From Bacteroidales bacterium (lineage in GTDB: Bacteria > Bacteroidota > Bacteroidia > Bacteroidales > Bacteroidaceae), in contig SFKY01000004.1 of assembly GCA_004554665.1 (NCBI GenBank), positions 1,081 to 65,080 on the forward strand: DNA of 64,000 bases, given 5' to 3'. Shown in pieces: positions 1 to 9,010 of the stretch. Made by a program: the position numbers and the translations under genes. The notes under the pieces were generated by a model that was not told the DNA's origin, ran no database searches, and saw nothing but the letters and a program-made list of their open reading frames with translations. How positions within the stretch are numbered: position 1 is the first letter of the stretch; every line of letters begins with the position of its first letter.

Positions 1-1
1 G

Positions 2-613
2 TGCATCTTCATCGGTATCATGCTGAGCGTATTCCAGCAGGCTATCGGTATCAATGCCGTGCTCTACTACGCACCGCGTATCTTTGGCGATATGGGCATG
101 GACAACCCGATGGTACAGACCGTCATCATGGGTGTGGTCAACATCTCGTTTACGCTCATCGCAGTCTTCACGGTCGAGAAGTGGGGCCGCAAGCCGCTGC
201 TCATCACCGGTAGCATCGGTATGGGTATAGGCGCATTCCTCGTGGCACTCACCTTTGGCAACGCCGCGTTCCAGTTGGTGACCATGATAGCCATTATGCT
301 CTACTCGGCATCGTTCATGATGTCGTGGGGACCCATCTGCTGGGTGCTGATAGCAGAGATATTCCCCAATACCATCCGTGGCAAGGCGGTAGCGATAGCC
401 GTGGCCTTCCAGTGGATATTCAACTGGCTCGTCAGCTCTACCTTTGTGCCGATGTTTAACATGCACCTCACCGAGGGCGACGACTTCGGCCACTGGTTCA
501 CCTACGGCCTCTATGGCACTATCTGCGTGATAGCCGCCCTCTTTGTATGGCGACTGGTTCCCGAGACCAAGGGAAAGACGCTGGAAGACATGAGCCGTCT
601 CTGGAGAAAGTAA
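2..613 (+). CDS. xylE: MFS sugar:H+ symporter, XylE-like (5' truncated by window edge)
   Basis: Sugar-porter motifs QQAIGINAVLYYAP, VEKWGRKPLL, SWGPICWVLIAEIFP, VPETKGKTLE; frame is open back to the window start. Confidence 0.85.
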   Translation, partial: CIFIGIMLSVFQQAIGINAVLYYAPRIFGDMGMDNPMVQTVIMGVVNISFTLIAVFTVEKWGRKPLLITGSIGMGIGAFLVALTFGNAAFQLVTMIAIMLYSASFMMSWGPICWVLIAEIFPNTIRGKAVAIAVAFQWIFNWLVSSTFVPMFNMHLTEGDDFGHWFTYGLYGTICVIAALFVWRLVPETKGKTLEDMSRLWRK

Positions 614-634
614 TATTTCTGCACGACAGATACT

Positions 635-676
635 ATAAGGAGGATGCAGCCTGACGATGAGCAGCATCCTCCTTAT
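635..676. terminator. Hairpin after the sugar transporter
   Basis: 13-bp inverted repeat ATAAGGAGGATGC / GCATCCTCCTTAT between convergent genes. Confidence 0.65.
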
Positions 677-794
677 TATATGCTTAATGGAATCAGGTTC
701 ATTAATTCCCAATGGTTGATATTGGGTATTGTGCCCTCAACTTTTCCCTTTGGGTGTACAAACAAATGTTACCCAATTAGGGAAAAGCCCGGAG

Positions 795-1823
795 TTAGAA
801 GTGGGTGACAAACTCGATCACCACCTTGTCCTTCTCCGAAGGCTTGGCGATGCCGTTGTGCCCGTAAAAGTATTTCTCGTAGTTGATACGGATGTCGCTG
901 ATGAAAGGCTTGTCGAAACTTAGCGTCACACCGCCTGTGACACGGCTTCGCCGATGGTCGTTGACGATGAGGCTGCCCTCGCTGTTGGCCTTGCTGTCCA
1001 CGTAGCGTTTGCCGTCGCTGTGGTCGCTCATATAGTCGAAGCGCGCCAAGGGCGACACCTTGGTAAACAGGCGAGTGCGTATGGGCACGTCGTAGCTCAC
1101 AAACCCGTCGAAGGCATGCACGGGGTGGAAGCTGCCGCTGGCGTAATGCTTGTACAGATACTCGGCTTCGGCCACCAAGCCGCCACGGTGATAGTTGATA
1201 CCCGCATCGTAGAGCATCACGCTGTATGCCTCGGGCTTGATTTTCTGCGCACTCAGCACCATGTTGACGCCAAAGGGCAGGAGCAGTTGCGCCTTGGCCG
1301 AGAAATTCACATTGTTCGTCCAGAAATCTTTCTGGTCGGTCAGTCCTGAGCCGTTGTAGATACCCGCCTCCACGATGATGGGGAATCCCACCTGCGTGCG
1401 GTAGCCTATCTTGGCACCCACATCCCGTATGTTGCCCACCTGCTTGGCGATAAACGAGCGGTTAGCGAAATACTGCTGGTGGGGCGAGCGGTGCGCGTCG
1501 ATGGTAAACGGCACGCGCATCTGTCCGATGGTGAACTGCCAGTGGGGTAGGGGCTTGATGGAGGTGTAGGCATCGAGCATCTTGATGCTGCCCTCGTCGC
1601 AGAGGTCGATTTCGGCCTTGTAGGAAACATAAGGCGACAGGTCGCCCGACACGTTGACACGTGCCGTCCGCACCTCAAAGCGCCCTTCTCCCTCCGAGGT
1701 CTGATATTCGTACTTGGCCCGCAGCGTGCCCCCTATCTTCGGGGTCTTGTCCACGCGCTCCTCTTGGGCAGTGGCAAGGGTGGCTAACAGCATCCATGCC
1801 AGTGATGTAGCGATGATTCTCAT
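795..1823 (-). CDS. Outer-membrane porin, OprO/OprP (phosphate-selective) family-like
   Basis: Signal peptide from ATG 1823 (MRIIATSLAWML...), motifs FEVRTARVNVSG and FTIGQMRVPF, beta-barrel pattern, C-terminal Phe; start placed downstream of the -7 promoter box. Confidence 0.7.
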   Translation of the reverse strand: MRIIATSLAWMLLATLATAQEERVDKTPKIGGTLRAKYEYQTSEGEGRFEVRTARVNVSGDLSPYVSYKAEIDLCDEGSIKMLDAYTSIKPLPHWQFTIGQMRVPFTIDAHRSPHQQYFANRSFIAKQVGNIRDVGAKIGYRTQVGFPIIVEAGIYNGSGLTDQKDFWTNNVNFSAKAQLLLPFGVNMVLSAQKIKPEAYSVMLYDAGINYHRGGLVAEAEYLYKHYASGSFHPVHAFDGFVSYDVPIRTRLFTKVSPLARFDYMSDHSDGKRYVDSKANSEGSLIVNDHRRSRVTGGVTLSFDKPFISDIRINYEKYFYGHNGIAKPSEKDKVVIEFVTHF

Positions 1824-1852
1824 TGTCAGATTGTGAAATTTGTGGTTCGCTG

Positions 1853-1909
1853 CAAAGGTAATTAACCTATGTTTCACAACCGTTACAGTAATATTGCATT
1901 TGTGTTACG
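1853..1909 (-). promoter_or_regulatory. Bacteroidota -7 box (TACCTTTG) plus four 11-bp-spaced GTTACA-like hexamers (Pho-box-like)
   Basis: CAAAGGTA at 1853-1860; hexamers GTTTCA 1871, GTTACA 1882, ATTGCA 1893, GTTACG 1904. Confidence 0.6.
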
Positions 1910-2011
1910 CAACAATTGAGCATCCCATTTCATCATTTTGTAACATTTTTTTCCCAGAAACTTGCACAATTCTCGGTTATTGCTTACTTTTGCGCCACAA
2001 TACCTACTCAA

Positions 2012-2635
2012 ATGCGTTCCTATAAAGACTTGACCCTGTTGTTTGTAGACCTCAAAGCCGGGAAGACCGAGGCATTTGAGTATATATTCCGGACTTACTA
2101 TCCCCGTCTACGCAACTACGCTTCGCGGTTCGTTACCGATCAGGCCGATCTGGAGGACATCCTGCAAGACTGCTTTGTGCATCTATGGGAACGCCGGCAG
2201 TCGCTCACCGCCATCTCCGTCTCCTCCCTCCTCTTCACGATGGTGCGTAATGGCTGCATCAACTACCTGCGGCACAAGACGATGGTGGACAACTGTCTGG
2301 CCGAAACCCTCGCCCGTATGCAGGGTAGCGAACAGCTCTACGCCATGGACATGTGGGACAGCGCAGACAGCCGCATGGTCTATCAGGACCTCAACCAAGA
2401 GATAGAAAGCGTGATGGACACTCTCTCGCCACGGTGCAAGGAGATCTTTACCATGAGCCGTTTCGAGGGTCTGAGAAACAAAGAGATTGCCGAGCGGCTG
2501 CATGTCTCGGTAAAAGTGGTGGAGAAGCACATCACCCAAGCCCTCTCCGCCTTCAAGAAGCGTTTCAGCAAGGACAAGAGCGACCGCACCCACCTCCTCC
2601 TGCTATGGTACATCGTCATGGCCCATACCATCTAA
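2012..2635 (+). CDS. ECF-type RNA polymerase sigma-70 factor (Bacteroides expansion family)
   Basis: Region 2 (AFEYIFRTYYPRL...EDILQDCFVHLWE) and region 4 (LSPRCKEIFTMSRFEGLRNKEIAERLHVSVKVVEKHI); -7 box TACTTTTG at 1985-1992. Confidence 0.9.
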   Translation: MRSYKDLTLLFVDLKAGKTEAFEYIFRTYYPRLRNYASRFVTDQADLEDILQDCFVHLWERRQSLTAISVSSLLFTMVRNGCINYLRHKTMVDNCLAETLARMQGSEQLYAMDMWDSADSRMVYQDLNQEIESVMDTLSPRCKEIFTMSRFEGLRNKEIAERLHVSVKVVEKHITQALSAFKKRFSKDKSDRTHLLLLWYIVMAHTI

Positions 2636-2643
2636 TCGCGTCA

Positions 2644-2723
2644 CCCCTGTGGCATTTCCCAAACCTAAATGCGGCATTTAGCTCCCGTAAACGCCACCTT
2701 TGGCGCGCTAATGGCGGCATTTA
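2644..2723. repeat. REP-like family A, locus 1 (15-bp TAAANGYGGCATTTA-type units at 21-22 bp period)
   Basis: Units at 2644 (degenerate), 2666, 2688, 2709. Confidence 0.75.
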
Positions 2724-2732
2724 GGATATAAA

Positions 2733-2775
2733 ACAGGTTCCCCCAAAGCTGCCGGGCAGCTTTGGGGGAACCTGT
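2733..2775. terminator. Perfect 21-bp-arm hairpin between convergent genes (probable bidirectional terminator)
   Basis: ACAGGTTCCCCCAAAGCTGCC-G-GGCAGCTTTGGGGGAACCTGT. Confidence 0.75.
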
Positions 2776-2793
2776 AGGGAGGGTATGCGGTAT

Positions 2794-5124
2794 TTACTCG
2801 GCAGTGAGCATACCGCGGAGGCGTATATCGTCGGACGCTGCACCCACCATTACCTCGAAGTCTCCAGGCTCTACCACGCTCTGCATGTCGCGGTTGATGA
2901 TGCGCAGGTCTTCCTCGGTGATGGTAAACTCTATCTTGCGGGTCTCGCCCTTGGCGATGGCCACGCGGGCGAAGTGCTTGAGCTGCATCACGGGTTGCAC
3001 CACGGAAGCCACCTGGTCGTGCAGGTAGAGCTGTACCACTTCCTCGCCGTCGCGGTCTCCCGTGTTGGTCACGTCGAGCGATACCTTAAACAGATTTTTC
3101 CCCGCTTTCTTAATCTGTAGGTTGGCATAGCCGAAGGTGGTATAGCTCAATCCGTAGCCGAAGGCATAGAGGGGCTTGGCCGTCATCTCCACATAGTTGT
3201 GCGGGAGCGGCGCACGCTTGTTGTAATATACCGGCAGCTGACCGATGTGAGCCGGAACCGAGATGGGGAGTCGGCCAGCCGGATTGACATCGCCGAAGAG
3301 CACATCGGCAATGGCTTGTCCACCCTCCTGTCCGGGATAGTAGGCGGTGAGGAGGGCATCGGCATGGGCGGCTGCCCACGACTTGTCCATCGGCCGTCCC
3401 TCTATATACACCACTACCATCGGCTTGCCTGTACGGTGCAGGGTCTCTAACAGTTCCTGCTGTCTGCCCAGCAGCGAGAGGGTGGCACGGTCATAGCCCT
3501 CGCCACAGTCCATATCGCTCACCGAGCATATGTCGGCCTCGGCCGCGCCCGTGGCCTTGTAGCTGGTCTTGAAGTCGCGGGCGCTGGATCCGCCCACAGC
3601 CACGATGACAACGTCTGCCTGTCGGGCGGCTTCTACGGCTGCGGCAATGTCGCAGTGGGCTGTATCGCGCACGGCACATCCCTTAACGTAGGTCACGTTG
3701 GCCTCGGGCAACTTGGAGCGTATGCCGGTCAGGATGGTCTTCACCTTGCCGTCTGGTTGCGGCGAGGTGTAGTCGCCCAGCATGTTGTACACATTGTCGG
3801 CATTGGGACCTATCACAGCCACACGGATATCCTTGCGCAGCGGCAAGATGTGGTTCTGGTTCTTGAGCAGTGTCACCAACTTGCGGGCAGCGTCGAGCGC
3901 GATGGCCTCGTGCGCCTTGCTCCCCACCTCTTTGGCGGCTTTCACATCTACATAGGGATGGTCAAACAGTCCCATCTCAAACTTCTTGGTCAGGATGCGC
4001 CCACAGGCTACATCTATTTCCGACTCTGACACCAATCCCTTGCGCACGGCATCGGCCAGTTCGCCGAAAGCCTTGCCGCCAAGATCCTCGTCCACGCCTG
4101 CTTGCAGGGCCATGATGCCGGCCTCCTGACGCGATTTGGCCACGTGGTGGGTCTCCCAAATGCCGTCAATGCTATACAGGTCGGACACGACAAAGCCCTT
4201 GAAGCCCCACTGGCGGCGCAAGAGGTCGGTGTAGAGGTCGCGGCTCGCGGAGGAGGGGATGCCGTCGAGCGAGTTGTACGAGGTCATGATCGAGAGGGCG
4301 CCCGCGTCTATCACCTTCTTGAACGGCGGGAAGAAGTTTTGCAGCAAGTCGCGCTGTCCGACTATCGATTGGTTGCCGTTCTGTCCACCCTCGGTGGTGC
4401 CGTAGGCGATAAAATGCTTGAGTGTGGCGAGCGTGCTGTAAGGCTTGCTCAGGTCTCCGCCGCCCAGGCCGCGCACCAGCGCTGCGCCCATCTCGCCCGT
4501 GAGCACCGGATCCTCGCCCATACTCTCCTCCACACGTGACCAGCGTGGGTCGCGGGAGAGGTCGAGCACCGGCCCGTAGCTGATGTGGCCACCCTGCAGG
4601 CGCACCTCCTTGCCCACAACGCGCCCCATGGCCTCGGCAGCCTCGGTAGACCAAGTGGCAGCCAATCCCAATCCGGTGGGAAAGACGGTGGTGCCGATGG
4701 CCATGTGTCCGTGTGGCGCCTCCTCGGCCAAGAACAGGGGGATGCCCAGACGTGTGTGCTCCATCACGTAGCGCTGCAGGGCGTTGCCGGCCTTGGCTGC
4801 CAGTTCGGGATTGAGTCCGTTGGAAAGCGACTTCTGCGTCCACGGATCAGCTCTGTAAGTAGCCCAGAGCATGCCGATGTTGCCTTCGGCGATGTCTTTT
4901 TTAAACGATTCAGACGGAACCACTTTGTTTCCGTCGATTTCATAGTAGTTCCATGCCAGCGTGCAGCGCATTTGGCCAATTTTCTCTTCCAATGTCATGC
5001 GCGACAATAGGTCGCTGACCCGCTCCTCGACGCTGAGGCTGGGGTCTTTGTAGGGTAGCTTCTTCTGACCCATGACAGCCAGAGTCATCATGGCCATAAT
5101 CGATACCGACAATACTCGTTTCAT
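2794..5124 (-). CDS. GH3 beta-glucosidase/beta-xylosidase
   Basis: RDPRWSRVEE, LKHF, nucleophile motif VVSDLYSI, FGYGLSYT, Fn3-like C-terminus, signal peptide. Confidence 0.92.
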   Translation of the reverse strand: MKRVLSVSIMAMMTLAVMGQKKLPYKDPSLSVEERVSDLLSRMTLEEKIGQMRCTLAWNYYEIDGNKVVPSESFKKDIAEGNIGMLWATYRADPWTQKSLSNGLNPELAAKAGNALQRYVMEHTRLGIPLFLAEEAPHGHMAIGTTVFPTGLGLAATWSTEAAEAMGRVVGKEVRLQGGHISYGPVLDLSRDPRWSRVEESMGEDPVLTGEMGAALVRGLGGGDLSKPYSTLATLKHFIAYGTTEGGQNGNQSIVGQRDLLQNFFPPFKKVIDAGALSIMTSYNSLDGIPSSASRDLYTDLLRRQWGFKGFVVSDLYSIDGIWETHHVAKSRQEAGIMALQAGVDEDLGGKAFGELADAVRKGLVSESEIDVACGRILTKKFEMGLFDHPYVDVKAAKEVGSKAHEAIALDAARKLVTLLKNQNHILPLRKDIRVAVIGPNADNVYNMLGDYTSPQPDGKVKTILTGIRSKLPEANVTYVKGCAVRDTAHCDIAAAVEAARQADVVIVAVGGSSARDFKTSYKATGAAEADICSVSDMDCGEGYDRATLSLLGRQQELLETLHRTGKPMVVVYIEGRPMDKSWAAAHADALLTAYYPGQEGGQAIADVLFGDVNPAGRLPISVPAHIGQLPVYYNKRAPLPHNYVEMTAKPLYAFGYGLSYTTFGYANLQIKKAGKNLFKVSLDVTNTGDRDGEEVVQLYLHDQVASVVQPVMQLKHFARVAIAKGETRKIEFTITEEDLRIINRDMQSVVEPGDFEVMVGAASDDIRLRGMLTAE

Positions 5125-5151
5125 ATACTTTTTTCGTTCCTTATAATGGAT

Positions 5152-6972
5152 TTATTGAATAGCGATTTTGTCGTATTTGAGCGTTTCGCCGGCCGTCACC
5201 ATACGTGTGGCCTTCAACATCACATACCTTCCGCTTGCGGGCGTGAAGTGTACCTCCTGCATGATGGGATGGTTGCGGATGTTGGAGAATTCTCCTGCGG
5301 CCACGCGCGTCATATTGGCTTTGTCATTGCCCACGTAGAGCTCATAGTTGGCTACCAGCCCCTCGTGCTTGGCACTTTGGTCAGGCAGGTAATAGAACGA
5401 TTTCACCTGCTGTTCCTTGCCCAGGTCGAAGGTCACGGCATCCGTACCGTTGGCGGCAGCCGTAAAGGCGAGGCTCTTCACGTCCTCCACCTTCTCCACG
5501 TAGCTTTCTTTGGCATTGGGAGCGTAGTAGGCACCCAGTTCGTTGAGGCATACAGGGCCGCGTGCGTCGTTGATGACGATGCGGAGCTGCTGCGTCTGGA
5601 TGGTCTTGAAGCGCAACAGGCGCTTGTAACCGATGGTGGTGGTCTCCTCGTTGAGTTTGACAGGAATCCACTCCTTGCCTTGGCGGTAGTAGACGCTGAA
5701 ACTTTTTACCCGTTGGCCTAAGGGAATGTATTCTTGCAGCATCAGCCGGTTGAGCTTGGTGCTCTTCTTGAAACTGATGGTGAGCCCGGCCTCGTTTACC
5801 CCATCCTTCACGCACCAGTAGGTGTCGTAGTTGCCATCGGTGAGGTTGGCCTCGGCAAACGCCTTGCCGCGTACGTCAGAGGCTTTGATGCGGGCCGTCT
5901 TGAGCAGGTTGTCTTTCAGTTCGGTTGTTACCTGCTTGTGGAAGTCGATGACCCTGGCCGAGTCGATGGGATGTATCCTTCCCTCCTTGTCTACGGGCAT
6001 ATTGAGCAGGAAGGTGCCGTTGTGGCCCACGCTGCGGTAATAGAGGTCCACCAGATGGTCTACGCTTTTCACCTTGTCGTCCTCCTTTTCGTGGTAGAAC
6101 CATCCCGGACGGATAGACACATCGCACTCTGCGGGCACCCATTGGTCGCCATCGGCGTGGCCATATTGCAGCTCCCGGTATTTCTCATAACCCGGATACA
6201 CCTTGTCTTTCCACAAGAAAGCCCAGTTGGTGGCACCGGCGTAGCCGTTTTCGTTGCCCACCCATCGGCATCCGGGACCTCCGTCGGAGAAGATGATGGC
6301 CTGTGGCTGGTACTTGTAGATAGTCTCCCATGCCCGGGGATAGTCATAGTAGGTGCGGCGGTCGATAGTACGCGCCTCGCGGGCACCACCGTAGTAGCCG
6401 TCTCCACCGTTGGCACCGTCAAACCATACCTCGAAGATGTCGCCATACTGTGTCAGGAGTTCGTGGAGCTGTGCATGGAAATACTCACGGTACAGCGGTG
6501 TGCCGTAAAATGCCTGATGGCGGTCCCAAGGAGACAGGTAGACACCGAATTTGAGTCCGTATTTCTTGCAGGCAGCCGACAGTTCGCCCACGATATCGCC
6601 CTTGCCGTCCTTGTAGGGAGTATTGCGTACGCTGTAGTCGGTGTATTTGGTAGGCCAGAGGCAGAAACCGTCGTGGTGCTTGGCCGTGATGATGATGCCC
6701 TTCATGCCGGCATCTCTCAGTGTCTTGGCCCACTGCTCGCAGTCAAGCCGCGAAGGGTTGAAACACTCGAGCGGTGCATCACCGTAGCCCCATTCTCGGT
6801 CGCAGAAAGTGTTGGGTCCGAAATGGATAAACGCATAGGTCTCCATCTGTTGCCACGCTACTTGGTGCTTGGTGGGTAATGGAGCCACAGGCTTGGGGGC
6901 TCCCACTTGCGCATTCCCCGATACTGATAGGGCGAGAAGCGCTACACTGATAAGCTGTCTTGCTTTCATCAT
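5152..6972 (-). CDS. GH29 alpha-L-fucosidase with C-terminal F5/8 type C (CBM32-like) domains
   Basis: FIHFGPNTF, TAKHHDGFCLWP, EVWFDGA, SIRPGWFYH motifs. Confidence 0.92.
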   Translation of the reverse strand: MMKARQLISVALLALSVSGNAQVGAPKPVAPLPTKHQVAWQQMETYAFIHFGPNTFCDREWGYGDAPLECFNPSRLDCEQWAKTLRDAGMKGIIITAKHHDGFCLWPTKYTDYSVRNTPYKDGKGDIVGELSAACKKYGLKFGVYLSPWDRHQAFYGTPLYREYFHAQLHELLTQYGDIFEVWFDGANGGDGYYGGAREARTIDRRTYYDYPRAWETIYKYQPQAIIFSDGGPGCRWVGNENGYAGATNWAFLWKDKVYPGYEKYRELQYGHADGDQWVPAECDVSIRPGWFYHEKEDDKVKSVDHLVDLYYRSVGHNGTFLLNMPVDKEGRIHPIDSARVIDFHKQVTTELKDNLLKTARIKASDVRGKAFAEANLTDGNYDTYWCVKDGVNEAGLTISFKKSTKLNRLMLQEYIPLGQRVKSFSVYYRQGKEWIPVKLNEETTTIGYKRLLRFKTIQTQQLRIVINDARGPVCLNELGAYYAPNAKESYVEKVEDVKSLAFTAAANGTDAVTFDLGKEQQVKSFYYLPDQSAKHEGLVANYELYVGNDKANMTRVAAGEFSNIRNHPIMQEVHFTPASGRYVMLKATRMVTAGETLKYDKIAIQ

Positions 6973-6986
6973 GATATGGATATTGA

Positions 6987-7745
6987 TTAGTTAGTAAAAT
7001 TCTTTCCGTCGTTGCCAAACCAGTTGATACGCATGGGTTTGACACGCTTGCCGTTGACGATGGGATATACCCATATATAGCGGTTGTACCGATACGTTTT
7101 CACGGCCGTGTACGATATATCTATGGTCGTACGCTCATGCGGTTGGAGCGTGATACGTGTCGGGAGGGTAAGGATTTGGTTATTGGGGACGCGCTCAAAC
7201 TCGATGGTCATCGGCTTGTCTGTCTCGTTGGCGATACGCTGGTGGAAAGTGTAGCTCTCTCCGGGTTTCAGACAGGCAAAGGGAAGCGTCTGGAACCCCA
7301 TGTAGAGCCCTTCTCCGAAACTATAGGGATGGTCTTCGGTCACGGGGTGGCGATACCCCTTAACGTCGCCCTTGATCCAGATACGGGTGTAGGCAGTGCC
7401 TCCATTGAGCATCACCACCGCCTCCTTGCTGAATTTGCCGGGACGGTTGTAAGGATTGTAGGTGATGGTGACGTAACCCTGCTTGCCGGGTGCGATGGGT
7501 GTCTTGGTGTATGTGGCCGTGGTGCAGCCGCACCAGGCGTTGACCTCGCTGATGGCTACAGGCTCCTTGCCGGTATTGGTAAACGTAAACCGATGGCTTA
7601 CCTTACCGGCTTTTTCGTCGATGGTCCCGAAGTCATGTACGCGCTTGTCGTATTGAAAGGTCTCTGAATAGGTAGCGCCCTCTTGCGCCGTCATGCCCAA
7701 AAAGGGGATGGCGGATACAAGCAGGCTGGTAATGGTTTTCTTCAT
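6987..7745 (-). CDS. DUF1573 (Ig-like) domain protein
   Basis: HDFGTI...FTFTNTGKEPVAI...WCGCT...PIAPG motif; signal peptide from ATG 7745. Confidence 0.8.
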   Translation of the reverse strand: MKKTITSLLVSAIPFLGMTAQEGATYSETFQYDKRVHDFGTIDEKAGKVSHRFTFTNTGKEPVAISEVNAWCGCTTATYTKTPIAPGKQGYVTITYNPYNRPGKFSKEAVVMLNGGTAYTRIWIKGDVKGYRHPVTEDHPYSFGEGLYMGFQTLPFACLKPGESYTFHQRIANETDKPMTIEFERVPNNQILTLPTRITLQPHERTTIDISYTAVKTYRYNRYIWVYPIVNGKRVKPMRINWFGNDGKNFTN

Positions 7746-7793
7746 TGGCTTGATAGTGCTGATGTGAGTGGAGCGGTCGACTGCCCCCTGCAA

Positions 7794-8834
7794 TCAGTAA
7801 CTCTCGACATTGGCCAGATTCCATACGTTGAGGAATGCGGCACGGGTGATGTCTCTCGTTTTCGCGTAGTTAATCTTGCAGGCTTCGTCGCCCGGCTGGT
7901 GATAATCGGGATGGCCGTCGGTGTGATACCAGATGATAGGGATGCCCTTCTTGGCAAACGAACCGTTGTCGCTGCCTCCCACGGGGTTGTCCCAAGCCCT
8001 GTAGCTTGGGTCGAGGTTCAATCCATAGCGCTGGATATCTTCTTTCAGCCAGTCGCCGAAGGCAGTGTGTGCAGCCGTGTAGAAATATACCATGTACGAT
8101 GGATTCTCCGGCTTGTTGTTTCGGCCAATCATGTCGAAGTTGAGATAGCCTTTCACCTGGTCGATAAACTGACAGGTCTGGACGAAGTATTTCGAGCCGA
8201 GCAGTCCCAGTTCCTCGCCATCCCAGAAGGCGAAGATGATGTTGCGCTCCGGCACCGTCTTCGATTCTACAAAAGCCTTGGCTATCTGCAGCACGGCACT
8301 CACGCCCGAAGCATTGTCATCGGCGCCGTTGTAGATTTGGTCTCCGTCCAAGTCCGGGTCATAGCCCACGTGGTCGAAGTGGGCTCCCACGATGACATAC
8401 TCGTCGGTCTTCTTACCGGGAATCATTCCCAGGATATTGTACATGTTGAGCTTGCGGTGCGTCATACCCTTCAACTTGGCCACCGAGTCGGGTTCCACGT
8501 AGTAGGGCTTTTTTTTCTGCCATTCCATGCTGTAGGCAGAGAAAGGCTGCTCGTATTTGTCGGCCAGCGGAGCGATTCCCCACTGCCTCAACAGAGACTT
8601 GATGTACTGTGCGGCTACCTTCGAGTCGTTGGTTCCAGCCTTACGGCCTCTGAGTTCGTCACTTGCAAGAAAACCGATGTGGGCTTTGGCGGCGTCCATC
8701 GTGATGGTCTGCATAGCCATCTCCTTGGCGGTCATTGTCTTCGTGCCTTTATCCTTCTTGGCCGAAACAGTGGCTACTCCCATGACAGCCCATAATGCGG
8801 TCATAGCAACGATTGCTTTAGTTTTCTGTTCCAT
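7794..8834 (-). CDS. M28 family metallopeptidase
   Basis: GAHFDH, GADDNASG, DGEELGLLGS, NFDMIG, HPDYH zinc-ligand motifs. Confidence 0.9.
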   Translation of the reverse strand: MEQKTKAIVAMTALWAVMGVATVSAKKDKGTKTMTAKEMAMQTITMDAAKAHIGFLASDELRGRKAGTNDSKVAAQYIKSLLRQWGIAPLADKYEQPFSAYSMEWQKKKPYYVEPDSVAKLKGMTHRKLNMYNILGMIPGKKTDEYVIVGAHFDHVGYDPDLDGDQIYNGADDNASGVSAVLQIAKAFVESKTVPERNIIFAFWDGEELGLLGSKYFVQTCQFIDQVKGYLNFDMIGRNNKPENPSYMVYFYTAAHTAFGDWLKEDIQRYGLNLDPSYRAWDNPVGGSDNGSFAKKGIPIIWYHTDGHPDYHQPGDEACKINYAKTRDITRAAFLNVWNLANVESY

Positions 8835-8950
8835 GCGTTATTTGAATTTATTCTTTTGGGTTAGTTGTAAAGGTTTTATCTTATTTGCAAAGTTACAAAA
8901 AATCCAGAAAGGAGATACGGATTGCTTCAAAAAAATGTTTCCCTGAACAT

Positions 8951-8986
8951 AAAAAATCCCCGCCTTCCGGATGTGGGAGGCGGGGA
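8951..8986 (-). terminator. Intrinsic terminator of pnp
   Basis: TCCCCGCCTTCC...GGGAGGCGGGGA stem with A-tract on + strand (U-tract on - strand). Confidence 0.75.
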
Positions 8987-9010
8987 ATATTATAAGAGAT
9001 GTATGTCTGT

